64,000 bases of DNA from Wenzhouxiangellaceae bacterium (GTDB lineage: Bacteria > Pseudomonadota > Gammaproteobacteria > Xanthomonadales > Wenzhouxiangellaceae), in contig SLIZ01000104.1 in NCBI GenBank assembly GCA_007135395.1, positions 4,034-68,033 on the forward strand, given 5' to 3'. A program made the position numbers and the translations under genes. Each line of letters begins with the position of its first letter. The first letter of the stretch is position 1. The notes below the pieces were generated by a model that was given only the letters and a program-made list of their open reading frames with translations, had not been told where the DNA came from and ran no database searches. Positions 36,509-45,192 of the stretch are shown piece by piece.

Positions 36509-37960
36509 TTGAACGACATGAGCGCCCCTTCAGAATCCCTCGCCAGCCCCTTCCAGCAACGCCTGGTTGCCGAATCCCTGCGAGTCGAGGAAGAGCGCGC
36601 CGGTCGTACCCGGGAATCTCCGATGGCCGAGGAGCGGGCCAGGGGGCACGATGGTGACCTGGAAGCCCGCATCCGGGTTCGAGCCATGGCCCTGGACGAA
36701 CACGGGGCCCGTCTGGCCGGCGTGCAGCGGGTAGCCGGCACGGTGCGCCTGGCCTTCCTGATCCTTGGCATTGTTGCCGGGCTGGCCGGGCTGACCGCTG
36801 CCGGGGTTGCGCTGGGAACTGACAGCCAGGTCAATATCGTCCGGGCCATCGTGACCCTGCTGGCCGTGCAGATCCTGGCGCTGTTCCTGTGGGGGCTGCT
36901 GATCGTGATGCCGTTTTCCCGGGGCGGCGTGCTTGGGCGGATTGTCATGATGGTCGCCGGCTGGCTGGGACGGCGCCTGGCGGCTACCGGGGAAGGCATG
37001 TCGGCGGCTTCGGTCACCCTGTCGCGGCTCACCCGGGGGGATATCGGCCGGGGGCTTCTGGGAACGGCTACTCACACCCTGTGGTTTGCCTATACCGCCG
37101 GTGCCCTTGCCGGGGCGCTGGTGTTGATGGCGATCTATCAGTACGACTTCTACTGGGCAACCACCATACTTTCCGAGGAGGTCATGGTGGCCCTGCTGAC
37201 CGGGCTGGGAGTGGCACCCGGGATGGCCGGTTTTACCGTTCCGGACCAGGAACTGGTCCGCTTCAGCCGGCAGGGTATGGAGCCCGGCTATGGCCGCCAG
37301 GCCTGGTCCGGATTGATCGTCGGGAGCCTGATCGTATTCGGTCTGATTCCCAGGCTTCTGTTTGCCGTCCTTTGCGCTCTCCAGCTCCGGTCCGCCAGCG
37401 CTGCCTTCCGGCTGGACCTGACCCGGGCGGGTTATGCCCGCCTGGCCCATCGCCTGGAACCGGCTTCTGCGCGGCTGGGACGAAAAGGCCCGCCACCGTC
37501 CGACCAGGAGACGGGTCAAAGGCAGGCCGGCCTGCCCGAGCCGGTTGACCCGGCTGGTGCCCCGGGGCTGGTCTACCTGGTTGGTATGGAACGGGAGCCG
37601 GAATCAGACTGGCCACCCAGCTACCCGGAACTGGCAACGGTGGAAGCCCTGGGATATGCCGACGACCGGGCCGGTCGCCGTGACATCCTGGCCATTTTCG
37701 AAAACCTGCCTGCACCACCCGGGCGAGTGCTGGTGCTGGTTCCATTCCGGCGAACACCGGACCGGGGCATGGGCTCGTTCCTGCAGGCGCTTGGCCGGGC
37801 AGCCTCGGCACCGGTATGGCTGCTGCTGGAAGGCCTCGGGAAGGCACCTGAACCAGGCCGCCAGCGGATCGGCCAGTGGCAGGAACTGGCAGGGCGGGCC
37901 GGTGTGGAAAGAGTGCAGGAGGTTGGGCAGGGGTCGACCGATGGAGGGCAAAAACCATGA
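36509..37960 (+). CDS. DUF2868-type integral membrane protein
   Basis: Charged N-terminus, several TM helices (res ~85-300), and a soluble C-terminal domain. I recognise it as the membrane partner that usually precedes DUF3482 GTPases. The start is TTG 36509 or ATG 36518. Confidence 0.7.
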   Translation: MNDMSAPSESLASPFQQRLVAESLRVEEERAGRTRESPMAEERARGHDGDLEARIRVRAMALDEHGARLAGVQRVAGTVRLAFLILGIVAGLAGLTAAGVALGTDSQVNIVRAIVTLLAVQILALFLWGLLIVMPFSRGGVLGRIVMMVAGWLGRRLAATGEGMSAASVTLSRLTRGDIGRGLLGTATHTLWFAYTAGALAGALVLMAIYQYDFYWATTILSEEVMVALLTGLGVAPGMAGFTVPDQELVRFSRQGMEPGYGRQAWSGLIVGSLIVFGLIPRLLFAVLCALQLRSASAAFRLDLTRAGYARLAHRLEPASARLGRKGPPPSDQETGQRQAGLPEPVDPAGAPGLVYLVGMEREPESDWPPSYPELATVEALGYADDRAGRRDILAIFENLPAPPGRVLVLVPFRRTPDRGMGSFLQALGRAASAPVWLLLEGLGKAPEPGRQRIGQWQELAGRAGVERVQEVGQGSTDGGQKP

Positions 37961-39360
37961 GTCGCGATCAGGATAAAGCCGGAGTCCTGAGTATCGCCGT
38001 AGTTGGTCACACCAATACTGGCAAGACTTCGTTGTTGCGCACCCTGGCCCGGGATGCCGGATTCGGTGAAGTAGCCGACGCTCCGGCTACCACCCGGCAG
38101 GTCGAAGGCATCGCCCTTGCGGTGGGCGGCCAGCCGGCCATCGAGCTGTATGACACCCCCGGGCTGGAGCAGGCCAGCGAGGTCTACGAATTGTTACAGG
38201 AAGGCACCGGCGGGCGCCACGACGGCCCGGACCGTATCCAGAATTTTCTCCGCCAGCACTCCGTCGGGCCGATGGAGCAGGAGGCCCGGGTGCTTTCCCA
38301 GGTACTGGAATCAGAGGCCGTGGTCTACGTGATCGATGCCCGGGAGCCGGTCCTGGAGAAATACCAGGACGAACTGGCCGTGCTTGCCATGACCGCCCGA
38401 CCAGTCCTGCCGGTGCTCAATTTCGTTGCCCTGGACCAGGCCCGCCCGGATGAATGGACAAAGGCCCTTGCCCGGGTCGGTTTGCACACCGTGGCGGCCT
38501 TCGACACGGTGGTGTTCGAGCCCGAGGCTGAAACACGCTTGTGGAACAGTCTGGCCGGCCTGGTTTCACGGCACCAGGGGATCATCAATGGGCTCATCAA
38601 GGACCGCTCCCGGGATACCCGGTGGCGCCACCAGGCGGCCCGCCAGCGAAGTGCGGAATTTCTTGTGGATGCGGCCGCGGCCCGTCAACGGGTAAGGCGG
38701 GACGATGAGGACGCCCGGGCGGCCGGCCTTGCCGATCTGAAGCATCGGATCGGCGAGGGTGAACGGGCCTGCTTGCGTGACCTGGTGGAGCTGTTCCGGT
38801 TTACCGCCGACGACTGGGAAAAGGGCGTTGTGCCGGAATTGACCGGTGAGGGTGCCGTGGACCTGGCAGACCCGGAAAAACTTCGCCAGCTTGGAGTGAG
38901 TTCGGGAAAGTATGCCGGATCCGGGGCGGCTGCCGGAGCCGTGTTCGACCTGTCCACCGGCGGGCTTTCCCTGGGCGCCGGTACCCTGGTGGGAACCCTG
39001 GCCGGGGCGGGCGTGGCCGGGATCGGAAACTTTCGCAATGAACTGGGCGATCGACTGACCGGCTATCAGTCCCTGGCACCGGAACCGGCGCTGGTCTGCC
39101 TGCTTTTTGTCCGTCAGCAGCGGCTGCTGGCCCACTTGTTCAGCCGGGGCCACGGCGCTGTCCACCCGTTTCGCATGGATGAAAGCCTGGCCCGGCAAGT
39201 TGAAAAGACTGCCTTGCCCAGGACACTGAAACAGGCCCGGGTAAACCCGAAATGGTCGGCCTTCAACAACCCGTCCCGGGCATCCCGTTCGCGCGGGCGC
39301 GGAGAGGCGGTAAAACGATTGGCCGATGAATTGGCCCGGGCACCGGAACATTCGGCCTGA
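37957..39360 (+). CDS. DUF3482-type P-loop GTPase
   Basis: ATG 37957 overlaps the upstream TGA (ATGA). G1 is GHTNTGKTS and G3 is DTPG. The middle region is Arg-rich and helical, and a Gly-zipper hydrophobic segment lies near the C-terminus. The track ORF starts at 37876. Confidence 0.8.
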   Translation: MSRDQDKAGVLSIAVVGHTNTGKTSLLRTLARDAGFGEVADAPATTRQVEGIALAVGGQPAIELYDTPGLEQASEVYELLQEGTGGRHDGPDRIQNFLRQHSVGPMEQEARVLSQVLESEAVVYVIDAREPVLEKYQDELAVLAMTARPVLPVLNFVALDQARPDEWTKALARVGLHTVAAFDTVVFEPEAETRLWNSLAGLVSRHQGIINGLIKDRSRDTRWRHQAARQRSAEFLVDAAAARQRVRRDDEDARAAGLADLKHRIGEGERACLRDLVELFRFTADDWEKGVVPELTGEGAVDLADPEKLRQLGVSSGKYAGSGAAAGAVFDLSTGGLSLGAGTLVGTLAGAGVAGIGNFRNELGDRLTGYQSLAPEPALVCLLFVRQQRLLAHLFSRGHGAVHPFRMDESLARQVEKTALPRTLKQARVNPKWSAFNNPSRASRSRGRGEAVKRLADELARAPEHSA

Positions 39361-39373
39361 GCATCCACCATGG

Positions 39374-39403
39374 TTGGATTTATCGATTGAAAAGCCGTAT
39401 AGT
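39374..39403 (+). promoter_or_regulatory. Putative sigma-70 promoter of the cold-shock gene (TTGGAT-N18-TATAGT)
   Basis: -35 at 39374-39379 and -10 at 39398-39403. This leaves a 5' UTR of about 120 nt, as is typical for cspA-like genes. Confidence 0.4.
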
Positions 39404-39527
39404 GGACCTGCCAGCAGTGAGTGGCAGTGGTAGTTTAGGTTGTTTCCTTCCGGTTTACGTCCCAAACCCCATTCGATCGAACTGCGGGCAAAACCCGTAC
39501 AGATTAAATTTTGAGGTAGTTAAGAAA

Positions 39528-39731
39528 ATGGCAAAAGGTACAGTGAAGTGGTTCAACGAAGCCAAGGGCTTTGGGTTCATTAGTCAGGAAGATGGTGGGG
39601 CGGACGTCTTCGTTCACTTCAGCGCGATTCAGGGCTCCGGATTCAAGACCCTGGCCGAAGGCCAGAAGGTCGAATTCGACTTGCAGGATGGCCCCAAGGG
39701 TCCACAGGCAGCTAACGTGGTTCCCGAGTAA
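39528..39731 (+). CDS. cspA: Cold-shock protein (CspA family)
   Basis: [52 protein letters not shown], with RNP1 (KGFGFI) and RNP2 (VFVHF) motifs; 67 aa. The track ORF start at 39387 is rejected. Confidence 0.96.
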   Translation: MAKGTVKWFNEAKGFGFISQEDGGADVFVHFSAIQGSGFKTLAEGQKVEFDLQDGPKGPQAANVVPE

Positions 39732-39753
39732 ATCCGAGCATTCAAGTCGGATG

Positions 39754-39782
39754 AAAAAGCCCCGCTTCGGCGGGGCTTTTTT
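39754..39782 (+). terminator. Intrinsic terminator of cspA
   Basis: AAAAAGCCCCGC-ttcg-GCGGGGCTTTTTT. Confidence 0.85.
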
Positions 39783-39848
39783 GTGGGTGGCGGAAAATCC
39801 AGGGCACCATCGAAAACATGCAGCGACCGGGTGCGTGGGCCGTTGTAA

Positions 39849-40070
39849 CCGAGGGGGTCGGGCTGGTCGGCGATATCCGTGGAGCAGGCACTGGAAAACC
39901 TCGAACGGTTCGATCCGACACTGGCCGAGCTGATTATTGGCACATTTTACGGTGGCTATACCGCTCAGGAGATGGCGGAGATCACTGATACTCCCCTGCG
40001 GACCATCCAGCGCCAGATCAAGCGCGCCCGGGGCTGGCTGCGGCTGGAGATGGGCCCGAAGGATTCTTGA
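39849..40070 (+). pseudogene. Remnant of an ECF-type sigma factor: region 4 only
   Basis: (V)EQALENLERFDPTLAELIIGTFYGGYTAQEMAEITDTPLRTIQRQIKRARGWLRLEMG is a sigma-70 region-4 HTH of the Sigma70_ECF type. An in-frame stop lies at 39846-39848 and the cspA terminator ends at 39782, so there is no room for regions 2-3. Confidence 0.6.
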
Positions 40071-40173
40071 GCTGCCGTGGCAGAGACCGGGAATGCCCGC
40101 TCTGGTGAAGGGGTGCTTGACCCGATAGTGGTCCGCAAATGGGCAAACCGGTCATTTGGCTTCACCAAGGGGT

Positions 40174-40187
40174 TTGATTTCAGTCAA
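40174..40187. promoter_or_regulatory. FNR/Anr-type box TTGAT-TTCA-GTCAA upstream of hemN
   Basis: 9/10 match to TTGAT-N4-ATCAA, centred about 64 bp upstream of the hemN ATG. Confidence 0.55.
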
Positions 40188-40244
40188 CTTGGCAGGCCGC
40201 GGGACGGGCTAATCTGCGAAACCTGATTCCCATCGAGGCCGCCC

Positions 40245-41630
40245 ATGGTTCCCTCGAGCCTGTTCGACACGGATTTGATCGGCAAGTATGACGTGGCCGG
40301 GCCCCGTTATACTTCCTATCCCACAGCCCCCTGGTTTCGCCCGGATTTCGGTGTCGACGATTATCTGCAGGCTGTTGCCCGGAGCAATGAGGCTGGCCGG
40401 CCGTTGTCGCTGTATGTACACATCCCCTTTTGCGATACGGTCTGTTTTTACTGCGCCTGTAACAAGGTCATTACCCGCAACAGGGCCCGGGCCACCCGTT
40501 ACCTGGAATCCCTCCATCGCGAAATCGAACTGCAGGCCGAAAGGCTCGTCCCGGGCCGGATGGTCGACCAGCTTCACTTCGGGGGCGGGACCCCGACCTT
40601 CATCAGCGACGGGGAGATGGCGGCGTTGTGGGACAAACTGCGTCAACACTTCGAGCTGCGCGATGACGACCGGGGTGAGTACGCCATAGAAATCGATCCC
40701 CGCTCGGTGGACCGGGAAGGGATCGAGCGGTTGCGAAACCATGGCTTCAACCGCCTGAGCATGGGGGTCCAGGATTTCAATCCGGCCGTCCAGATCGCGG
40801 TCAACCGGATCCAGCCCCGGTCGGTCACCATCGATGCGATCAAGGCGGCCCGGCAGGCCGGTTTTCACTCGATCAGCCTGGATCTGATCTACGGGTTGCC
40901 GTTTCAAAGTGTTGATGGATTTTCCCGGACCCTGGATGAGGTCATCGAGCTCCAGCCCGACCGCCTGTCGGTGTTCAACTACGCCCACATGCCTCATCTG
41001 TTCAAAACCCAGCGCCAGATCGATCCGGCGACCCTGCCGTCCCCGGCGGTCAAGCTGGCCATCCTGGAGCGGGTGATCGACCGGCTGACCGAGGCCGGAT
41101 ACGTCTACATCGGCATGGACCACTTTGCCCGACCGGATGACGACCTGGCCCTGGCCCAGCGCCGCGGTGACCTGTACCGGAACTTCCAGGGCTACAGTAC
41201 CCACGCCGGCTGTGACGTGATCGGGCTGGGTGCAACTGCCATCGGCATGGTCGACGACACCTATTCCCAGAATCACAAGGATCTTGAGAGCTGGGCCAAC
41301 GCCCTGGCCGCCGGGCAACTGCCGGTTGCCCGTGGTCTGCGCCTGGACGCCGATGACCGGCTGCGCAGGAAGGTGATTACCCGCCTGATCTGCGACTTCG
41401 AGCTTGACAAGAACGCGATTGGCGAGGAATTCGGTATCGACTTCGATGAATATTTCTTCACCGAAATGGAGGCACTCGAGGCCCTGGCGGCTGACGGGCT
41501 GGTACAATTCGAGAGAGGCCGAATCCGGGTGTTGCCCGCCGGTCGGCTGCTTATCCGGCACGTGTGCATGGTGTTCGATCGCTACCTGTCCGATGACCGG
41601 AGCTCGAACCGGTTTTCACGGGTAATATAG
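40245..41630 (+). CDS. hemN: Oxygen-independent coproporphyrinogen-III oxidase (radical SAM)
   Basis: GPRYTSYPTA, the radical-SAM motif HIPFCDTVCFYCACN, and the overall 461-aa HemN layout. Confidence 0.95.
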   Translation: MVPSSLFDTDLIGKYDVAGPRYTSYPTAPWFRPDFGVDDYLQAVARSNEAGRPLSLYVHIPFCDTVCFYCACNKVITRNRARATRYLESLHREIELQAERLVPGRMVDQLHFGGGTPTFISDGEMAALWDKLRQHFELRDDDRGEYAIEIDPRSVDREGIERLRNHGFNRLSMGVQDFNPAVQIAVNRIQPRSVTIDAIKAARQAGFHSISLDLIYGLPFQSVDGFSRTLDEVIELQPDRLSVFNYAHMPHLFKTQRQIDPATLPSPAVKLAILERVIDRLTEAGYVYIGMDHFARPDDDLALAQRRGDLYRNFQGYSTHAGCDVIGLGATAIGMVDDTYSQNHKDLESWANALAAGQLPVARGLRLDADDRLRRKVITRLICDFELDKNAIGEEFGIDFDEYFFTEMEALEALAADGLVQFERGRIRVLPAGRLLIRHVCMVFDRYLSDDRSSNRFSRVI

Positions 41631-41646
41631 GTTCCAGCCCGGCGGA

Positions 41647-41660
41647 TTGATCTGGATCAA
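41647..41660. promoter_or_regulatory. Perfect FNR/Anr box TTGAT-CTGG-ATCAA upstream of ccoN
   Basis: Exact consensus palindrome 56 bp upstream of the ccoN ATG. Confidence 0.7.
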
Positions 41661-41715
41661 TCCGTGATTTCTGGCCAAAAAAGAAAATACGCAGGTTCCA
41701 ACGGGAGTTTACGCC

Positions 41716-43155
41716 ATGAGCGCGCAAGGCGTTCCATACAACAACAAGGTGGTGATGCAGTTTGCCGTTGCCACCATCGTCTGGGGCGTGGTCAGCATGA
41801 CCGTCGGTGTGCTGATTGCCGCCCAGCTGATCTGGCCGGCCCTGAATTTCGATACAGCCTGGCTCACCTATGGCCGCCTGCGGCCGCTGCACACCAACGC
41901 GGCCATCTTTGCCTTCGGCGGCAGTGCGTTGTTTGCCACCTCCTACTGGGTGGTCCAGCGGACCAGCGGGGTGCCCCTGTTCATGCCGAAGCTGGCCGCC
42001 TTCACCTTCTGGGGCTGGCAGGCGGTGATCGTCCTGGCAGCCATCAGCCTGCCGGCCGGCATCACCATGGGCAAGGAGTACGCCGAGCTGGAGTGGCCCA
42101 TCGCGATCCTGATCGCAGTGGTCTGGATCTCCTACGGGGTGGTGTTCTTCGGCACGATCGCCACCCGCAAGATCCGGCATATCTATGTGGCCAACTGGTT
42201 CTATGCCGCCTTCATCATCACCGTGGCGGTATTGCACATCGTCAACAACGCGGTCATTCCCGTCTCCCTGACCGAGAGTTATCCGATCTATTCCGGCGCC
42301 GTCGATGCCATGGTGCAGTGGTGGTACGGGCACAATGCCGTCGGCTTCTTCCTGACTGCCGGATTCCTGGGGATGATGTACTACTTCATTCCCAAGCAGG
42401 CTGACCGCCCGATCTATTCCTACCGCCTGTCCATTGTCCACTTCTGGGCCCTGATCGCCATATACATGTGGGCCGGCCCACATCACCTGCACTACACAGC
42501 ACTGCCGGACTGGGCCCAGTCGCTGGGGATGGTGTTTTCCCTGATGCTGCTGGCTCCGAGCTGGGGCGGCATGATCAACGGCATCATGACCCTGTCCGGA
42601 GCCTGGTACAAGCTGCGCACCGACCCGATCCTGAAGTTCATGATCGTCGCCCTTTCGTTCTACGGCATGGCCACCTTTGAAGGGCCCATGATGTCGATCA
42701 AGACGGTCAACGCACTATCCCACTACACCGACTGGACGATTGGTCATGTCCATGCCGGCACCCTGGGCTGGGTCGGATTCATCTCCATCGGCGCCATGTA
42801 CTTTCTCATCCCACGGGTTTTCGAGGCCCCGCGCATGTACTCGATCAGGGCCATGGACCTGCATTTCTGGATTGCCACCATCGGCATCGTGCTCTACATC
42901 GCCGCCATGTGGATCGCCGGGGTCATGCAGGGGCTGATGTGGCGGGCGACCAACGAGGACGGAACGCTGACCTACACCTTCGTCGAGTCCCTCAGCGCAA
43001 CCTATCCCTACTACATGGTGCGACTGCTGGGCGGAATACTGTACCTGGCCGGCATGTTCATCATGGTCTGGAACGTCTACAAGACCTGGCAGGTTGGTGC
43101 CGGGCGTATCGAGGCGCCCGATGAGCAGGGGCTTCCGGCCCCGGCCGCTTCCTGA
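41716..43155 (+). CDS. ccoN: cbb3-type cytochrome c oxidase subunit I
   Basis: 479 aa with a heme-copper oxidase TM core ([42 protein letters not shown]). Confidence 0.97.
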   Translation: MSAQGVPYNNKVVMQFAVATIVWGVVSMTVGVLIAAQLIWPALNFDTAWLTYGRLRPLHTNAAIFAFGGSALFATSYWVVQRTSGVPLFMPKLAAFTFWGWQAVIVLAAISLPAGITMGKEYAELEWPIAILIAVVWISYGVVFFGTIATRKIRHIYVANWFYAAFIITVAVLHIVNNAVIPVSLTESYPIYSGAVDAMVQWWYGHNAVGFFLTAGFLGMMYYFIPKQADRPIYSYRLSIVHFWALIAIYMWAGPHHLHYTALPDWAQSLGMVFSLMLLAPSWGGMINGIMTLSGAWYKLRTDPILKFMIVALSFYGMATFEGPMMSIKTVNALSHYTDWTIGHVHAGTLGWVGFISIGAMYFLIPRVFEAPRMYSIRAMDLHFWIATIGIVLYIAAMWIAGVMQGLMWRATNEDGTLTYTFVESLSATYPYYMVRLLGGILYLAGMFIMVWNVYKTWQVGAGRIEAPDEQGLPAPAAS

Positions 43156-43175
43156 CCGGCAAGGAGCTTCAAGCC

Positions 43176-43784
43176 ATGAATCACAGCAAGGTAGAAAAGA
43201 ACATCACACTGATGGCCATCCTGATCGCGGTGGTGATTTCCATCGGCGGGCTGGTCGAGATCGTGCCCCTGATGTTCCAGGCCCAGGTCGTCGAGCCGGC
43301 CGAAGGCGTCGAGCCCTATGACCCGCTGGCACTGGCCGGTCGAGCGGTTTATGTCAACGAGGGTTGCTACAACTGCCATTCCCAGATGATCCGTCCCCTG
43401 CGGGCCGAGACCGAACGCTACGGGCCCTATTCGCTGGCCGGGGAATCGGTTTACGACCGTCCGTTCCAGTGGGGGTCGAAACGTACCGGTCCGGACCTGG
43501 CCCGGGTGGGTGGCCGCTACAGCGACGAGTGGCAGCGCATTCACCTGATCAACCCCCGGGACGTGGTGCCGGAGTCCAACATGCCTGGCTATCCCTGGCT
43601 GGAGGACCGGATGGTGGATCCGAACCTGGTCGAACGGCGCATGCGGGTGCTCCGGCGCCTGGGGGACCCTTACACCGAGGAGGATTTCGAGTCCATCGAG
43701 GACATGGTGCTGGGCAAAACCGAGATGGATGCAATCATCCATTACCTGCAGGGTCTGGGTACCGCCCAGGCCCAGGAGCGGTAA
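43176..43784 (+). CDS. ccoO: cbb3-type cytochrome c oxidase subunit II (monoheme)
   Basis: N-terminal TM, heme motif CYNCHSQ, and [16 protein letters not shown]. Confidence 0.96.
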   Translation: MNHSKVEKNITLMAILIAVVISIGGLVEIVPLMFQAQVVEPAEGVEPYDPLALAGRAVYVNEGCYNCHSQMIRPLRAETERYGPYSLAGESVYDRPFQWGSKRTGPDLARVGGRYSDEWQRIHLINPRDVVPESNMPGYPWLEDRMVDPNLVERRMRVLRRLGDPYTEEDFESIEDMVLGKTEMDAIIHYLQGLGTAQAQER

Positions 43785-43788
43785 TTCC

Positions 43789-43956
43789 ATGTCCACCGGC
43801 ATGCTCATGGGAATCATCACCATTGTCATCATGGCCTGCTTCATTGCCGTGGTGCTCTACACGTTCGTCTACAGAAGCAAGTCCGATTTTGACGACCAGG
43901 CCCGGATCCCGCTGGAGGAAGACCGGGACGGTGCTGAAAGGGAGAAGCAGCAATGA
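43789..43956 (+). CDS. ccoQ: cbb3 oxidase small subunit CcoQ
   Basis: 55-aa single-TM peptide MSTGMLMGIITIVIMACFIAVVLYTFVY between ccoO and ccoP. ATG 43789 lies 4 nt after the ccoO stop. Confidence 0.8.
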   Translation: MSTGMLMGIITIVIMACFIAVVLYTFVYRSKSDFDDQARIPLEEDRDGAEREKQQ

Positions 43957-44867
43957 GTACCTTCTGGAGTCTGTGGATCATCGTACTCACGGTAGGCAGC
44001 ATCATTGCTTCCTGGTGGCTGATCTGGGCCACCGGCCGGATGCGAAACCCGGATGAAGCCGACGAGGAGACCACCGGCCACGAGTGGGATGGCATTCGCG
44101 AGTACAACAACCCGATGCCCAGGTGGTGGGTCAACCTGTTTTACCTCACCATCATTTTCAGTGTGGGTTATCTCATTCTCTATCCGGGCCTGGGCAATTT
44201 TGCCGGGGTTCTGGGGTGGACCCAGGAGGGCCAGTACGAGGACGAAGTCGCCGAGTTCGAAGAGCGCATGGAACCCCTGTTTTCCGGCTTCCGGGAAATG
44301 GAGCTTACCGAGCTGGCCGAAGACGAGACCGCGCTGGCCCATGGTCGGGCGGTGTTCGGCAACTTCTGCGCTACCTGCCACGGATCCGATGCCCGGGGTG
44401 CCCGGGGTTTTCCCAATCTCCGGGATGCCCAGTGGCAATGGGGTAGCACGCCGGAGGATATCCTGCACTCCATCAAGCATGGCCGGGAAGGCGTCATGCC
44501 GGGATGGGGCGACCAGCTCGGCGATCGGGGCGTGACCGAAACGGCGGTCTATGTCCAGCAACTGGCCGGGCGCAGTGCCGATCCCATGCTCGCCCGGGCC
44601 GGCCAGCGGCACTACCAGCAGCTTTGTGCCTCCTGCCACGGACCGGAAGGCCGGGGCATGGTGCAGCTCGGCGCACCGGATCTGACCAACAACCTGTGGG
44701 TTTACGGCAGCAGCTTCGAGGCCATCTCCAACGCCATTCGCAACGGATTGCACGGTGCCATGCCGGGCCACGAGCCGATTATCGGTGAAGACCGGTCCAG
44801 GCTGGTGGCCGCCTATGTGCTTTCCATGATGGAAGAAGTACCCGAATCCGGAAACAGCGAAGACTGA
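43953..44867 (+). CDS. ccoP: cbb3 oxidase diheme cytochrome c subunit III
   Basis: N-terminal TM, the NNPMPRWW motif, and two heme sites CATCHG and CASCHG. Confidence 0.95.
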   Translation: MSTFWSLWIIVLTVGSIIASWWLIWATGRMRNPDEADEETTGHEWDGIREYNNPMPRWWVNLFYLTIIFSVGYLILYPGLGNFAGVLGWTQEGQYEDEVAEFEERMEPLFSGFREMELTELAEDETALAHGRAVFGNFCATCHGSDARGARGFPNLRDAQWQWGSTPEDILHSIKHGREGVMPGWGDQLGDRGVTETAVYVQQLAGRSADPMLARAGQRHYQQLCASCHGPEGRGMVQLGAPDLTNNLWVYGSSFEAISNAIRNGLHGAMPGHEPIIGEDRSRLVAAYVLSMMEEVPESGNSED

Positions 44868-44868
44868 C

Positions 44869-45192
44869 ATGGATGCTGGCGATCACAAGGTGCCCCGGTC
44901 TTCAGCCCCGCCTGCCTTTGATCATCCCCGCCGGCCCCTGGCCTGGCGGCTCGGGGCCATTCTCTGGCCAAGTTTCTTCGCCGCCGGTGTGGCCACCATG
45001 GTGTTTTTTGCCCTGGTCGACCCGATCGCGCTTCGGGACATTACCTTTCCCGCCTGGCCCGTGACCCGGGAGCTGGGCTATACCATCGGCTTTTTCCTGT
45101 TCTGGGCGGCCACTGGTTCGGCCAGTCTCTTTACCTGGATATTGCTGCGACCCGGGAGCCGCTTCAAACGGCACGACAAGCCCCGTCCATGA
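44869..45192 (+). CDS. Small membrane protein inserted between ccoP and ccoG, unknown function
   Basis: 107 aa. Its ATG lies 1 nt after the ccoP stop and its stop overlaps the ccoG ATG. Two to three hydrophobic helices are present. Confidence 0.55.
   Translation: MDAGDHKVPRSSAPPAFDHPRRPLAWRLGAILWPSFFAAGVATMVFFALVDPIALRDITFPAWPVTRELGYTIGFFLFWAATGSASLFTWILLRPGSRFKRHDKPRP

Noticed and set aside
33946-37032. 484-aa and 433-aa minus-strand ORFs (33946-35400, 35731-37032)
   Set aside because: They are antisense to the M14 peptidase and DUF2868 genes and have shadow-ORF composition.
40209-41561. 450-aa minus-strand ORF
   Set aside because: It is antisense to hemN.
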